Positions 36,581 to 44,984 of a stretch of DNA of 64,000 nucleotides are shown piece after piece. The DNA comes from an uncultured Myxococcales bacterium. GTDB taxonomy: Bacteria > Myxococcota > B64-G9. How positions within the stretch are numbered: position 1 is the first letter of the stretch; each line of letters opens with the position of its first letter. The DNA is taken from the NCBI GenBank assembly GCA_964640665.1, contig CAZXHT010000002.1, positions 105,170 through 169,169 on the forward strand, given 5' to 3'. The notes under the pieces are model-generated. The model was not told the origin of the DNA and searched no databases. It saw only the letters and a list, made by a program, of their open reading frames with translations. Made by a program: the position numbers and the translations under genes.

Positions 36581-39448
36581 ATGAGAATAGCAACTTGTCT
36601 CGTATTATCGGCCTGTTTGATGGGCATTCTTGCCCAGCGAGCCGAGGCGCAGTCTTGTCCCAACCCCACAACGATCCACTGCGGCGACAGCATCTCGGGA
36701 AACAGCAGCAACGGCTCGAACCTGATTAACACCTACACCTGCTACGAATACAGCTACAACGGTCCCGAGATGGTCTACCTGCTCGACATCCCCGACGGGG
36801 CCGAGCTGCAGGTCGACCTGTATCCGGACGACGGCTGGCTAACATCATGGGACGCCATTTTGGTTATCATGCCCGAGCTTGACGGCGACTGCTACCCCTC
36901 GGTCTGGGCCGGCTGCTCCGACGAGGGGGGCTACGGCGGCTTCGAGGGCCTGGCCGGTACGCTGCCGGCAGGCCGCTACTATATTGTTGTCGACGGTTAC
37001 GACGGCGATTACGGCAGCTTCGATCTCAGCGTCTCCTGCACCGAGTGCACTGGTTGCGCGGACGGCGACGGCGACGGCTACTCGGGTTACAACGCCGGCA
37101 GTTGCCCCTGCGGCGACGACTGTAACGACAGCGACCCGCTCAGGAACCCGGCAGCCAAGGAGGTCTGCGGTAACCAGGTCGACGAGAACTGCGACGGAAC
37201 GGCCGTCAACCCTTGTCCCACCTGCTCTTCCGATCTGGCCGTCACTTGCGGCGAGTCGAGCACCGCCAGCACCGACAACGGCTCATCCAACCTGAACGAA
37301 TACTGCGGATCGGACTACACCGACTGGAGCGGCGATGAGTTCATCTTCGAGATTACGCCGGCGGCCGAGGGCACCGTCGACGTGGTAGTCTCCAACATGG
37401 GGGGCCAGCAGCTCGACGCCTTCGCCTTCACCGACTTCGGCGTGGCCGGCAACTGCAACAAGGACGCCTGCGTCGATCTCTCGGCGCAGACGAGCGGCAC
37501 GCAGCACTTGGCCTTTTACGCCCTGGCCGACGAGACCTACTACGTCGCGGTGGATGGGCGCGGCGGAGACCATGGATCCTTCAGCTATGCTTTCAGTTGC
37601 ATAAACGAGCAATGTGCCACGCCCGGTACTATTTCCTGCGGCCAGAGCGTTACAGGCGACACGAGCGGCGGTACGAACAACATCAGCGCCTATCCCGGCC
37701 TGCCCTGGAGCCTGCTGGGCTCGGATCTTAGCTATGCCATCAGCGTCGGATACGACGCCCGCATCACGGCGGCATTGCACGTCGACGACGGCGGCGGCAC
37801 GCCGCCCGACCTGGCACTGGTGGTCATAGCCGACGACGGCAACGGCGCCTGCCTGCCGGCAGAAGCTATCGCGGTCTCTGACTATTACCAGGATGAGGAC
37901 GGCAACCCGCCCGAGGTGCTGTCATTTTCGGTGCTGGCGAACACAACCTACTATCTGGTGGTCGAGGGACTGACCGAGAACGACTACGGCGGCTTCACGC
38001 TCAGCGCCGAGTGCGTCGTCGAGTGTCCCGACGGCATGACCGATTGTAGCGGCAACTGCGTCGATCTCGATAACGACACGCAAAATTGCGGCACTTGCGA
38101 CAACGCCTGTTCATACGCCAATGCCCAGGCGCTGTGTGTCGCAGGCACATGCAGCATGACCGGCTGCGATTCCGGATTCGGCGACTGCAATACCGACGAT
38201 GCCGACGGCTGCGAGACGGCCCTGGGCACCATCGACAACTGCTCGGCCTGCGGCGATGCCTGTGCCTTCGACCACGCCGCGGCAACCTGTGTCGCTTCGG
38301 TTTGCACGATGGGAGACTGCCAGACCGATTGGGGCGATTGCGCAAACGGAGACGCGGACGGCTGCGAAACGGCGCTTGACACCTCGGCGAACTGCGGCGC
38401 CTGCGGCACCACCTGCAGCGACCCGGATTTTTGTTACGCGGGCTCTTGTACATCCACCTGCCCTGGTAACCTGACTCACTGCGACGACGATTGCATCGAC
38501 ACCACCAGCGATCCGGCGAACTGCGGCGGCTGCGGCGTCACCTGCCAGGCGGCCAACGCCACGACCGCCTGCCATGCGAGCGCCTGCCTGATAGGGTCCT
38601 GTGAGGCCGGATTCGGCGACTGCGACGCATCGTATACCAACGGCTGCGAGACGACGCTGGGGACAATTTCAAATTGCGCCTCGTGCGCTGACGCCTGCGC
38701 CTTCGAGAATGCCGGTGCCACCTGTGACGCCGGCGTCTGCGCCATCGGAAGCTGCGATACGGGATACGGCGATTGCAACACGACGGCGGGGGACGGCTGT
38801 GAAAGCCCGCTCAATACCGACGCCCACTGTGGAAGCTGCACTACCAGTTGCGGCAACGACGAGAGCTGCGTCGGAGGCCAGTGCCAGCACTTCTGCGCCG
38901 ATGCCGACGAAGACGGTTACAAGGACATAAACTGTGGTGGAGACGACTGCAACGACGACAACGACAGCATCTATCCGGGAGCCGCGGAGATCTGCGAAGA
39001 TGGCATCGACCAGGATTGCGACGGTTCCGACCAGGAGTGCACCTGCGCGGACAACGATGGAGACGGTTATCGGGACGAGAATTGCGGCGGGGACGATTGC
39101 GACGACACCAACGGCTACATCAATCCCGGCGTGTCCGAGATCTGCGGCGACGATATCGACCAGGACTGCGACGGTGTCAAACAGGAATGCGACTGTCCCG
39201 ACACGGACGGCGACGGTCACCCGGCGACCTTCTGCGGCGGGGACGATTGCAACGACAACAACGCCTCGATCCATCCCGGCTCGCTGGACGTCTGCGGAGA
39301 CGGCATCGACCAGGATTGCGACGGCGCGGACCGTGCTTGTCCTTCGTCCAACTCGGGCTGCGGCTGCAGCAGCACGCGGGGAGACAGCCCGGGCCGCCTG
39401 GTTTTTCTGTTGCTCGGATTAGTTGCCCTTTTACGGCGCAGGGTGTAG
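36581..39448 (+). CDS. Secreted 955-aa Cys-rich repeat protein with PPC-like domains, Myxococcus-type cysteine repeats, MopE-like metal-binding repeats and a MYXO-CTERM sorting tail
   Basis: Signal peptide. Two pre-peptidase-C-terminal-like modules (YYIVVDGYDGDYGSFDLSVSC; YYVAVDGRGGDHGSFSYAFSC). About six ~45-aa repeats NCGxCGxxC...GxGDCNxxxxDGCET. Five DGDGY-x-CGGDDC(N/D)D-x-PGAxExC-DGIDQDCDG repeats. C-terminus GCGCSS...RLVFLLLGLVALLRRRV. Confidence 0.8.
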   Translation: MRIATCLVLSACLMGILAQRAEAQSCPNPTTIHCGDSISGNSSNGSNLINTYTCYEYSYNGPEMVYLLDIPDGAELQVDLYPDDGWLTSWDAILVIMPELDGDCYPSVWAGCSDEGGYGGFEGLAGTLPAGRYYIVVDGYDGDYGSFDLSVSCTECTGCADGDGDGYSGYNAGSCPCGDDCNDSDPLRNPAAKEVCGNQVDENCDGTAVNPCPTCSSDLAVTCGESSTASTDNGSSNLNEYCGSDYTDWSGDEFIFEITPAAEGTVDVVVSNMGGQQLDAFAFTDFGVAGNCNKDACVDLSAQTSGTQHLAFYALADETYYVAVDGRGGDHGSFSYAFSCINEQCATPGTISCGQSVTGDTSGGTNNISAYPGLPWSLLGSDLSYAISVGYDARITAALHVDDGGGTPPDLALVVIADDGNGACLPAEAIAVSDYYQDEDGNPPEVLSFSVLANTTYYLVVEGLTENDYGGFTLSAECVVECPDGMTDCSGNCVDLDNDTQNCGTCDNACSYANAQALCVAGTCSMTGCDSGFGDCNTDDADGCETALGTIDNCSACGDACAFDHAAATCVASVCTMGDCQTDWGDCANGDADGCETALDTSANCGACGTTCSDPDFCYAGSCTSTCPGNLTHCDDDCIDTTSDPANCGGCGVTCQAANATTACHASACLIGSCEAGFGDCDASYTNGCETTLGTISNCASCADACAFENAGATCDAGVCAIGSCDTGYGDCNTTAGDGCESPLNTDAHCGSCTTSCGNDESCVGGQCQHFCADADEDGYKDINCGGDDCNDDNDSIYPGAAEICEDGIDQDCDGSDQECTCADNDGDGYRDENCGGDDCDDTNGYINPGVSEICGDDIDQDCDGVKQECDCPDTDGDGHPATFCGGDDCNDNNASIHPGSLDVCGDGIDQDCDGADRACPSSNSGCGCSSTRGDSPGRLVFLLLGLVALLRRRV

Positions 39449-39458
39449 CTTTTCGCCC

Positions 39459-40340
39459 ATGTATCGCTCGGCACTCGTCATTCTTTCGCTGATTGTTTCG
39501 TTGCCGGCCGCGGCCGACGACTTCATGGGCACGCGCCCTCTTGGTATGTGCGGCGCGCACCGGGCTGTTGTGACCGGAAATGACGCGATCGTCCTCAACC
39601 CCGCCGGCATGAGCCTCTTCAGGCGCTATTCGTTCGAGGGGCAATACCTGTTGGCGACCAAGTTCGATTCCGAGGACGGCCCCGACCAGCACGTTTTCCA
39701 TGTCTCGGTAGTCGACAACAAGATCCAGTACTTTGCCACCGGCATGGCTTACACACGCGTCGAGCGCGGGGATGACAAGGCGGGCAATCGCTACGACATG
39801 GCCTTTTCGGTGCCTCTGACCGAGGGCTTGATGATCGGTACGGACATCAAGTACCTCGATTTCGACAGAAAGGACAAGGCCAACGTCGACGCGGTCAGTG
39901 TCGACGTCGGCATCCTGTTGCGCACTTCGGTCGGACTGCACTTAGCCGTCGTCGGCTACAATCTGACCAACACGGCCGACTACCTCGAACATCCCATCTC
40001 AATGTCCGCGGCACTGATGTACTCGCCCTTCAGGACGCTTGAGCTGTCCTTCGACTGGTTCATCAACTTCCAGAAGCCCACGGATATCGAAGAGCCGGCT
40101 GGCGCCAAGGAAACCGGTTACTCCTACGCCTTCGGGGTCGAGTACCTTTTGCTGGGTCAGATCACCCTCCGGGGCGGTTACCTGATCGACAAGTCCCGCC
40201 CCAGCGGCGACGATCAATACTGGTCCGCGGGGATCGGCTACGTCACGCAACGCTTCGCCTTCGACTTCGGTTACCGCGGGTCGGTCAACCACACCTCGTG
40301 GGGCAACAACTTCGGCTTCGGCGTCCGGCTTTTCATGTAA
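39459..40340 (+). CDS. Outer-membrane beta-barrel protein, hypothetical
   Basis: Signal peptide MYRSALVILSLIVSLPAAADD; alternating amphipathic beta-strand pattern with aromatic girdle residues; C-terminal VRLFM. Start taken at the Met before the signal peptide. Confidence 0.55.
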   Translation: MYRSALVILSLIVSLPAAADDFMGTRPLGMCGAHRAVVTGNDAIVLNPAGMSLFRRYSFEGQYLLATKFDSEDGPDQHVFHVSVVDNKIQYFATGMAYTRVERGDDKAGNRYDMAFSVPLTEGLMIGTDIKYLDFDRKDKANVDAVSVDVGILLRTSVGLHLAVVGYNLTNTADYLEHPISMSAALMYSPFRTLELSFDWFINFQKPTDIEEPAGAKETGYSYAFGVEYLLLGQITLRGGYLIDKSRPSGDDQYWSAGIGYVTQRFAFDFGYRGSVNHTSWGNNFGFGVRLFM

Positions 40341-40347
40341 GGTGCAG

Positions 40348-41862
40348 TCAGCGCCACGGTCCGACGTTGTACAACACCCAGACGTCGCCGCGACGCGAGG
40401 CGATCAGGGGAAAGTAGATCAACAATCCCGGTCGACCGTTCGGCCGCGGTCTGAATGGGATCACGTATCGGGTTCCGCAAAGATCAGCCGACCACAGAAC
40501 GTCGTCGCTGAAGCGCCCCTTGCCCCGACCGCGTCGGATCTCGATCCGATCGGGGTTGTCGCCTGTGCCGCCGCCTGCGCGACCGATGACCAAATCAAGC
40601 AGCCCGTCCCCGTCGAAGTCGGATCGAAAGTTAGGATACGGCCCGGTCAACTCCTGGTTGGAGGCGAAATCTATCCGCAGCTTGGACGGGATCACGAAGT
40701 CCGGTCTGTCAGTGAAAACGCCCTTTTGCGAGAAGTAGATCTCGAAATCGACGTTCAGCTTGCCGGCCAGCATCATTCCGATCAGGCTGCTGAGACCCAT
40801 CTCGACATGCGGGCGCACCAGGTCCAGACATCCGTCGGTATTCATGTCGCAAAGTGACACCGACGACCCCCACCCGTCGCGCCGGCTTTGGAAGTCGGCC
40901 CGCGGGGGATAGTCACAGGCGTCGTCGGCCAGGTAAACCCTAAGCTCGCTTTTCATGTTGCTGATGCCGCCCACGGTCTTGTTGATGACCAGGTCGGTCC
41001 GTCCGTCTCCGTTCAGGTCGCCGGCCCGGATTTGAACATGGGCCCCGCGCTTGATTCGTTCTTCACGCTCGAGCATGCTAAAGGAGCGCAACAGATCTGG
41101 CCCGGCGGGAAATGAGCCGTCGGCGCGCTGGCGATATACGGCCACGCTGTTACGCGAGAAGAACATCAGGTCGGGCCGACCGTCGGCGTTCTGGTCCTCC
41201 GCTTGCCAGCGCGGAACGGAGATCATGAACAATGCCCCGTAGTCCCTGGCCGAGCGAAAATCCTCGGCCGAGGTGTACAGCTCGGCGCGCGTGGGAACCC
41301 TGAGCGTGCGCTGCAACGACCAGGCGCTCTGCGCGCTTCGAACGTACAGAGCCAGCGGTCCGATCGGCACACTAGGCACGAGCAGACCGCGTCGGCCGTC
41401 GCCCAATTCGACCAGCAGCGATATGCGCGGCACGCTGTCCTCGTGCGGAATCGCGGCCATGGTCATCACCTTGACCTCACGCTTGGGACTTGACGCAAGT
41501 CCCCCGGTGGGTTGCCCGGCAAGCGACCAGACTCCGTCGGCGCGCAACAGAAGCACGTCGGCCAGGCCGTCGAAGTTGACGTCTCCGACGTCGAAGGCCA
41601 CGGTTCCGCGCGGCAAGGCGATTACCTGGGTCGGTCGGGTGGAGATCTTTCCGGCTGTAGCCGGATAGACACTGACACGCTTGGTGGTATGTGGCGGAAA
41701 GCCCTGTCGCCAGAAGACGAGAAAATCAACCAGCCCGTCACCGTTGACGTCCGCGGGCACCACGCTCGATACACGGCCCGGAAGCTTGAGCTCGAGCCTT
41801 TGCATAGGCCCCGCTGCGCCCAAGAAAAACGATAACAGCAGGCAGATGAGCGTCGCGCTCAT
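40348..41862 (-). CDS. FG-GAP/VCBS repeat beta-propeller protein, secreted
   Basis: Signal peptide; repeated Ca-binding-like DxNxDGxxD motifs (DVNGDGLVDFLV, DVNFDGLADVLL, DLNGDGRTDLVI, DMNTDGCLDLV, DFDGDGLLDLVI). Confidence 0.75.
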   Translation of the reverse strand: MSATLICLLLSFFLGAAGPMQRLELKLPGRVSSVVPADVNGDGLVDFLVFWRQGFPPHTTKRVSVYPATAGKISTRPTQVIALPRGTVAFDVGDVNFDGLADVLLLRADGVWSLAGQPTGGLASSPKREVKVMTMAAIPHEDSVPRISLLVELGDGRRGLLVPSVPIGPLALYVRSAQSAWSLQRTLRVPTRAELYTSAEDFRSARDYGALFMISVPRWQAEDQNADGRPDLMFFSRNSVAVYRQRADGSFPAGPDLLRSFSMLEREERIKRGAHVQIRAGDLNGDGRTDLVINKTVGGISNMKSELRVYLADDACDYPPRADFQSRRDGWGSSVSLCDMNTDGCLDLVRPHVEMGLSSLIGMMLAGKLNVDFEIYFSQKGVFTDRPDFVIPSKLRIDFASNQELTGPYPNFRSDFDGDGLLDLVIGRAGGGTGDNPDRIEIRRGRGKGRFSDDVLWSADLCGTRYVIPFRPRPNGRPGLLIYFPLIASRRGDVWVLYNVGPWR

Positions 41863-42677
41863 TTCGTATCCTGCTTACGAGGCGGCATGGGGGTGAACAG
41901 ACGGTGGCCGGTCAGATCGTTTACCCCTACGTAGATGTCGATCTCGTAGGCGTCCTTCAGGTTGCCGTAGGTCATGACCTCTTCGATGCTTCCCTTGTGG
42001 ACGATGGACCCCTGTTTCAGAAGGGCCACACTGTCGCAGAAGGCCGCCGCCAGGTTGAGATCGTGCATGGCGGATACCACGGTCAGACCGGTCCGGCGCT
42101 GGATATCACCTATCAAATCATAGAGTGTCACCTGGTGGCGGATATCCAAGTGGGCCGCCGGTTCGTCCAGCAGCAGGATGCGCGGTTGCTGCGCCAAGGC
42201 CTTGGCCACCACGACACGCTTGAACTCTCCCCCCGAAAGCTCGTGCATCCTCCGCCGGCGCAACTCGTAGACACCGGTCTGGTGCATGGCCTCCCTGGCC
42301 GCATCCCTGTCGACTGCCCGATCGAGCGACAGCGGTCCGCGGTGCGGGACGCGTCCGAGCAAGACAACTTCCTCGACGGTGAAGGGAAAGGCCAGCTCGA
42401 ACTTCTGGGGAACAACCGCCACCTGCCGGGCCAACTCACGCCGGTCCCAGGCTGAAAGGCTGCGTCCCATTACCTCGATCGATCCGCGGCGCGCCTTGAG
42501 CGCCCCGGAAATCAGCTGGATCAGGGTCGTCTTGCCGGACCCGTTGGGACCCAGCAGGCCGAGGAACCCCCCCCGGCGAACCCGCAGGTCAACGCCCCTG
42601 ATCACCGCTTCGGTCGTGTATCCGAACTCCACGGCCGTAAGCTCGATGGCCGCTTCTTGTTGTTTCTGCTGGCTCAC
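41859..42677 (-). CDS. ABC transporter ATP-binding protein, Fe3+-siderophore/haem/cobalamin importer family (FecE/HmuV/BtuD-like)
   Basis: Walker A GPNGSGKTTL, signature LSGGEFKRVVVAKAL, Walker B LLLDEPAAHLD, H-loop. Overall profile of type-II importer ATPases. 4-bp overlap with the downstream FG-GAP gene. Confidence 0.85.
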   Translation of the reverse strand: MSQQKQQEAAIELTAVEFGYTTEAVIRGVDLRVRRGGFLGLLGPNGSGKTTLIQLISGALKARRGSIEVMGRSLSAWDRRELARQVAVVPQKFELAFPFTVEEVVLLGRVPHRGPLSLDRAVDRDAAREAMHQTGVYELRRRRMHELSGGEFKRVVVAKALAQQPRILLLDEPAAHLDIRHQVTLYDLIGDIQRRTGLTVVSAMHDLNLAAAFCDSVALLKQGSIVHKGSIEEVMTYGNLKDAYEIDIYVGVNDLTGHRLFTPMPPRKQDTK

Positions 42678-42736
42678 GCGCTTCGATGGTTACACTTTCT
42701 TGCCCGCTCGCGTCAAGTCTGGTACCTTGTGAGCCA

Positions 42737-43609
42737 ATGAACGCCGTCTTCCTTTCAGGAGGGGGGGCCCGCGGCGCCTACGAGGTGGGCGTTCTCAGGG
42801 CTCTTCTAAAGGACGGCCCGCCTATCCAGCTCATCGGCGGCGCGTCGATCGGCGCCATCAACGCGGTCTTGGCGGCCACCGGCCAGATCGAGGAACTGGC
42901 CGAGGTGTGGCAGCGCATGTCCACACTGCAAGTCTACCGTCCGCGCCTTGATCTCTGGCGGCTCAGGAAGTGGACCTCGTTGTTCGACAATCGTGGCCTG
43001 TTCAAGCGCCTGCGCGACAACGTCCACTGGTCGAGGTTGCCGCATTCCGACGTGCAGGTGTTCATCTCGGCCACCAACATCAGCCTGCGCACCAACGAAA
43101 CCTTCGCCAACTCGGAGATAACCTATCGCCACGTGCTGGCCTCCTCGGCCATACCGATCCTCTTCGCGCCGGTACAGATCGGCAAGTACTGGTACATCGA
43201 CGGGGCCTTCTCGCTGTTGCGGCCGCTCAAGCCGCTTCTGAGGGCCGGCGCCAAGCGCATCTTCACGGTCTTCTTGAGTCCGCGCCGGCCGCGGCTCAGG
43301 CCGCCCACCAGCCTTTTCCAACTCGCCGATCGGACGCTGGAAGTGATACTTTCGTCCGCCATGGCCGCCGACAGGAAGCAGATCGAAAACACCAACCAGG
43401 AGATCGAGCGGCTAAAAGCTCTCGACGTGGATCCCAACGCCTTTAAGCACAAGCCCTACCGCCCGGTGCAGGTGATCGGCATTTACCCCTCGCGTGAGCT
43501 GGGCAACGTGGGCAGCTACCTGGTTGTCTCCGGCGACAAATCGCGCGAGCTGATCGAGCTCGGTATGACCGATTGCTACCGCGTGCTGAAACGCTACGAG
43601 TTGATCTGA
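42737..43609 (+). CDS. Patatin-like phospholipase
   Basis: GGGARGAYEVG oxyanion motif, GASIG nucleophile elbow (GxSxG) and DGAF catalytic Asp motif. Start at the Met immediately before the FLSGGG motif. Confidence 0.8.
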   Translation: MNAVFLSGGGARGAYEVGVLRALLKDGPPIQLIGGASIGAINAVLAATGQIEELAEVWQRMSTLQVYRPRLDLWRLRKWTSLFDNRGLFKRLRDNVHWSRLPHSDVQVFISATNISLRTNETFANSEITYRHVLASSAIPILFAPVQIGKYWYIDGAFSLLRPLKPLLRAGAKRIFTVFLSPRRPRLRPPTSLFQLADRTLEVILSSAMAADRKQIENTNQEIERLKALDVDPNAFKHKPYRPVQVIGIYPSRELGNVGSYLVVSGDKSRELIELGMTDCYRVLKRYELI

Positions 43610-43964
43610 GCAATGTGCTCGCCCCCGGCGCGTTCCCGGCCCTTTGTGGAAGTAATTCAAACTATGTGCTTCGACCATCCACCTGAAGTACACAGCGCGG
43701 CTCCGCACCTGGGGGCACGGCAAAAACGCCGACACAACCAAAACAATCTGTGCACGGGCGAGCCCTCTACTGAAAATCTTTGCGGTACGGATCTAACAGG
43801 CCCTGTGACGATTTTTGCCGCCGGGACCTTCAAGGGTCATTGACAACCCTGGCTGTTTTCGTGACAAGACCGTAACATTCTGATACTGTTCAATTTGTCA
43901 AGCAATGTTGTCCCGATGATGTACAATGATCTAGAGTGGTTGCACTCGTCACGGGAGCAGAGAT

Positions 43965-44954
43965 ATGGCGACTGCAGAACAGATCAAGGCACTTATCAGG
44001 AGCCATGCAGAGGGAGACGATGAACGTTTCTTCTCCATCGCCATGCAGTTGGCTGCTCACGCTGCCCGAAAGGGTCAAGGGCGTTTCGCCAAGGAACTCA
44101 GGGCTCTTATTGACAACGCCAAGAACAAGATGAAGCAGCATGGGATCGAAGCGAGCCCAGTCAAGCCTGTACCGTTGGTCCAACCAAGAGGTGAGCTTTC
44201 CGGACTACTGAGCGTTTCCTATCCGAAGACAAGATTTGCGGAGATGGTATTGGGGGGAACCCTCCGTGGTCGTCTGCGTAGGGTCTTGAATGAACAGAGG
44301 CAGTTCGCAAAACTGCAGGAATATGGTCTGTCACCATGTCGAAAACTCTTGCTGGTAGGTCACCCGGGAACAGGAAAGACCATGACGGCAAGTGTATTGG
44401 CAGGCGAGATGCACTTTCCGTTGTTCACGATTCTCCTTGATGGTCTGATAACCAAGTATATGGGAGAGACAGCCGCCAAACTGAGGCTGATATTCGATGC
44501 TATCGGTCAGACCCGAGCCGTTTATCTCTTCGACGAATTCGATGCACTTGGTAGCCGTCGAGAGGCACAGAATGACGTCGGAGAGATTCGCAGAGTACTG
44601 AACTCGTTCCTACAGTTTCTTGAACAGGACGAGTCAGCCAGCCTCGTTATTTGCGCGACCAACCATCCGGACCTGCTGGACCGGGCCCTGTTCCGGCGCT
44701 TTGATGACGTGATTGAATACGACTTGCCCTCAGAAGATCAGGCCAAAGAAGCCATGAAAGCAAGATTGAGTCTCCTTGGCACTTCTTCTGTTGATTGGCA
44801 AAAGGCGGTTCAGGCGTCGGGTGGACTGAGTTACGCGGAGATCGTGCGTGGTTGTGAACAGGCGGCGAAAGACGTCATTCTCGCTGGCTCGCTGGAGTTG
44901 GATACAGATCGTCTTGTGACCGCACTAGAAGAAAGACACACAAATCGAGGATAA
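43965..44954 (+). CDS. ietA: IetA-like classical AAA ATPase (partner of an S8 protease)
   Basis: Walker A LLLVGHPGTGKTMTASVLAGE, Walker B VYLFDEFDALG, SRH ICATNHPDLLDRALFRRFDDVIEYDLP. GGGAG RBS; lower GC than flanking host genes. Confidence 0.75.
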   Translation: MATAEQIKALIRSHAEGDDERFFSIAMQLAAHAARKGQGRFAKELRALIDNAKNKMKQHGIEASPVKPVPLVQPRGELSGLLSVSYPKTRFAEMVLGGTLRGRLRRVLNEQRQFAKLQEYGLSPCRKLLLVGHPGTGKTMTASVLAGEMHFPLFTILLDGLITKYMGETAAKLRLIFDAIGQTRAVYLFDEFDALGSRREAQNDVGEIRRVLNSFLQFLEQDESASLVICATNHPDLLDRALFRRFDDVIEYDLPSEDQAKEAMKARLSLLGTSSVDWQKAVQASGGLSYAEIVRGCEQAAKDVILAGSLELDTDRLVTALEERHTNRG

Positions 44955-44984
44955 AGCAACGCTCGACAGTGGGGGCCCAGCAAC

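Noticed and set aside
38000-39350. Highly repetitive Cys-codon-rich DNA, considered as a possible mobile element or IS remnant
   Set aside because: The repeats are in-frame protein modules (Cys-rich and MopE-like repeats) of one long secreted protein. No transposase, inverted terminal repeats or target duplications were found.
43610-43964. Search for a tRNA, integrase or direct repeats marking the boundary of the IetAS-like island
   Set aside because: I could not find a cloverleaf-compatible sequence, recombinase ORF or flanking direct repeats by eye. The island call rests on GC shift and gene content only.
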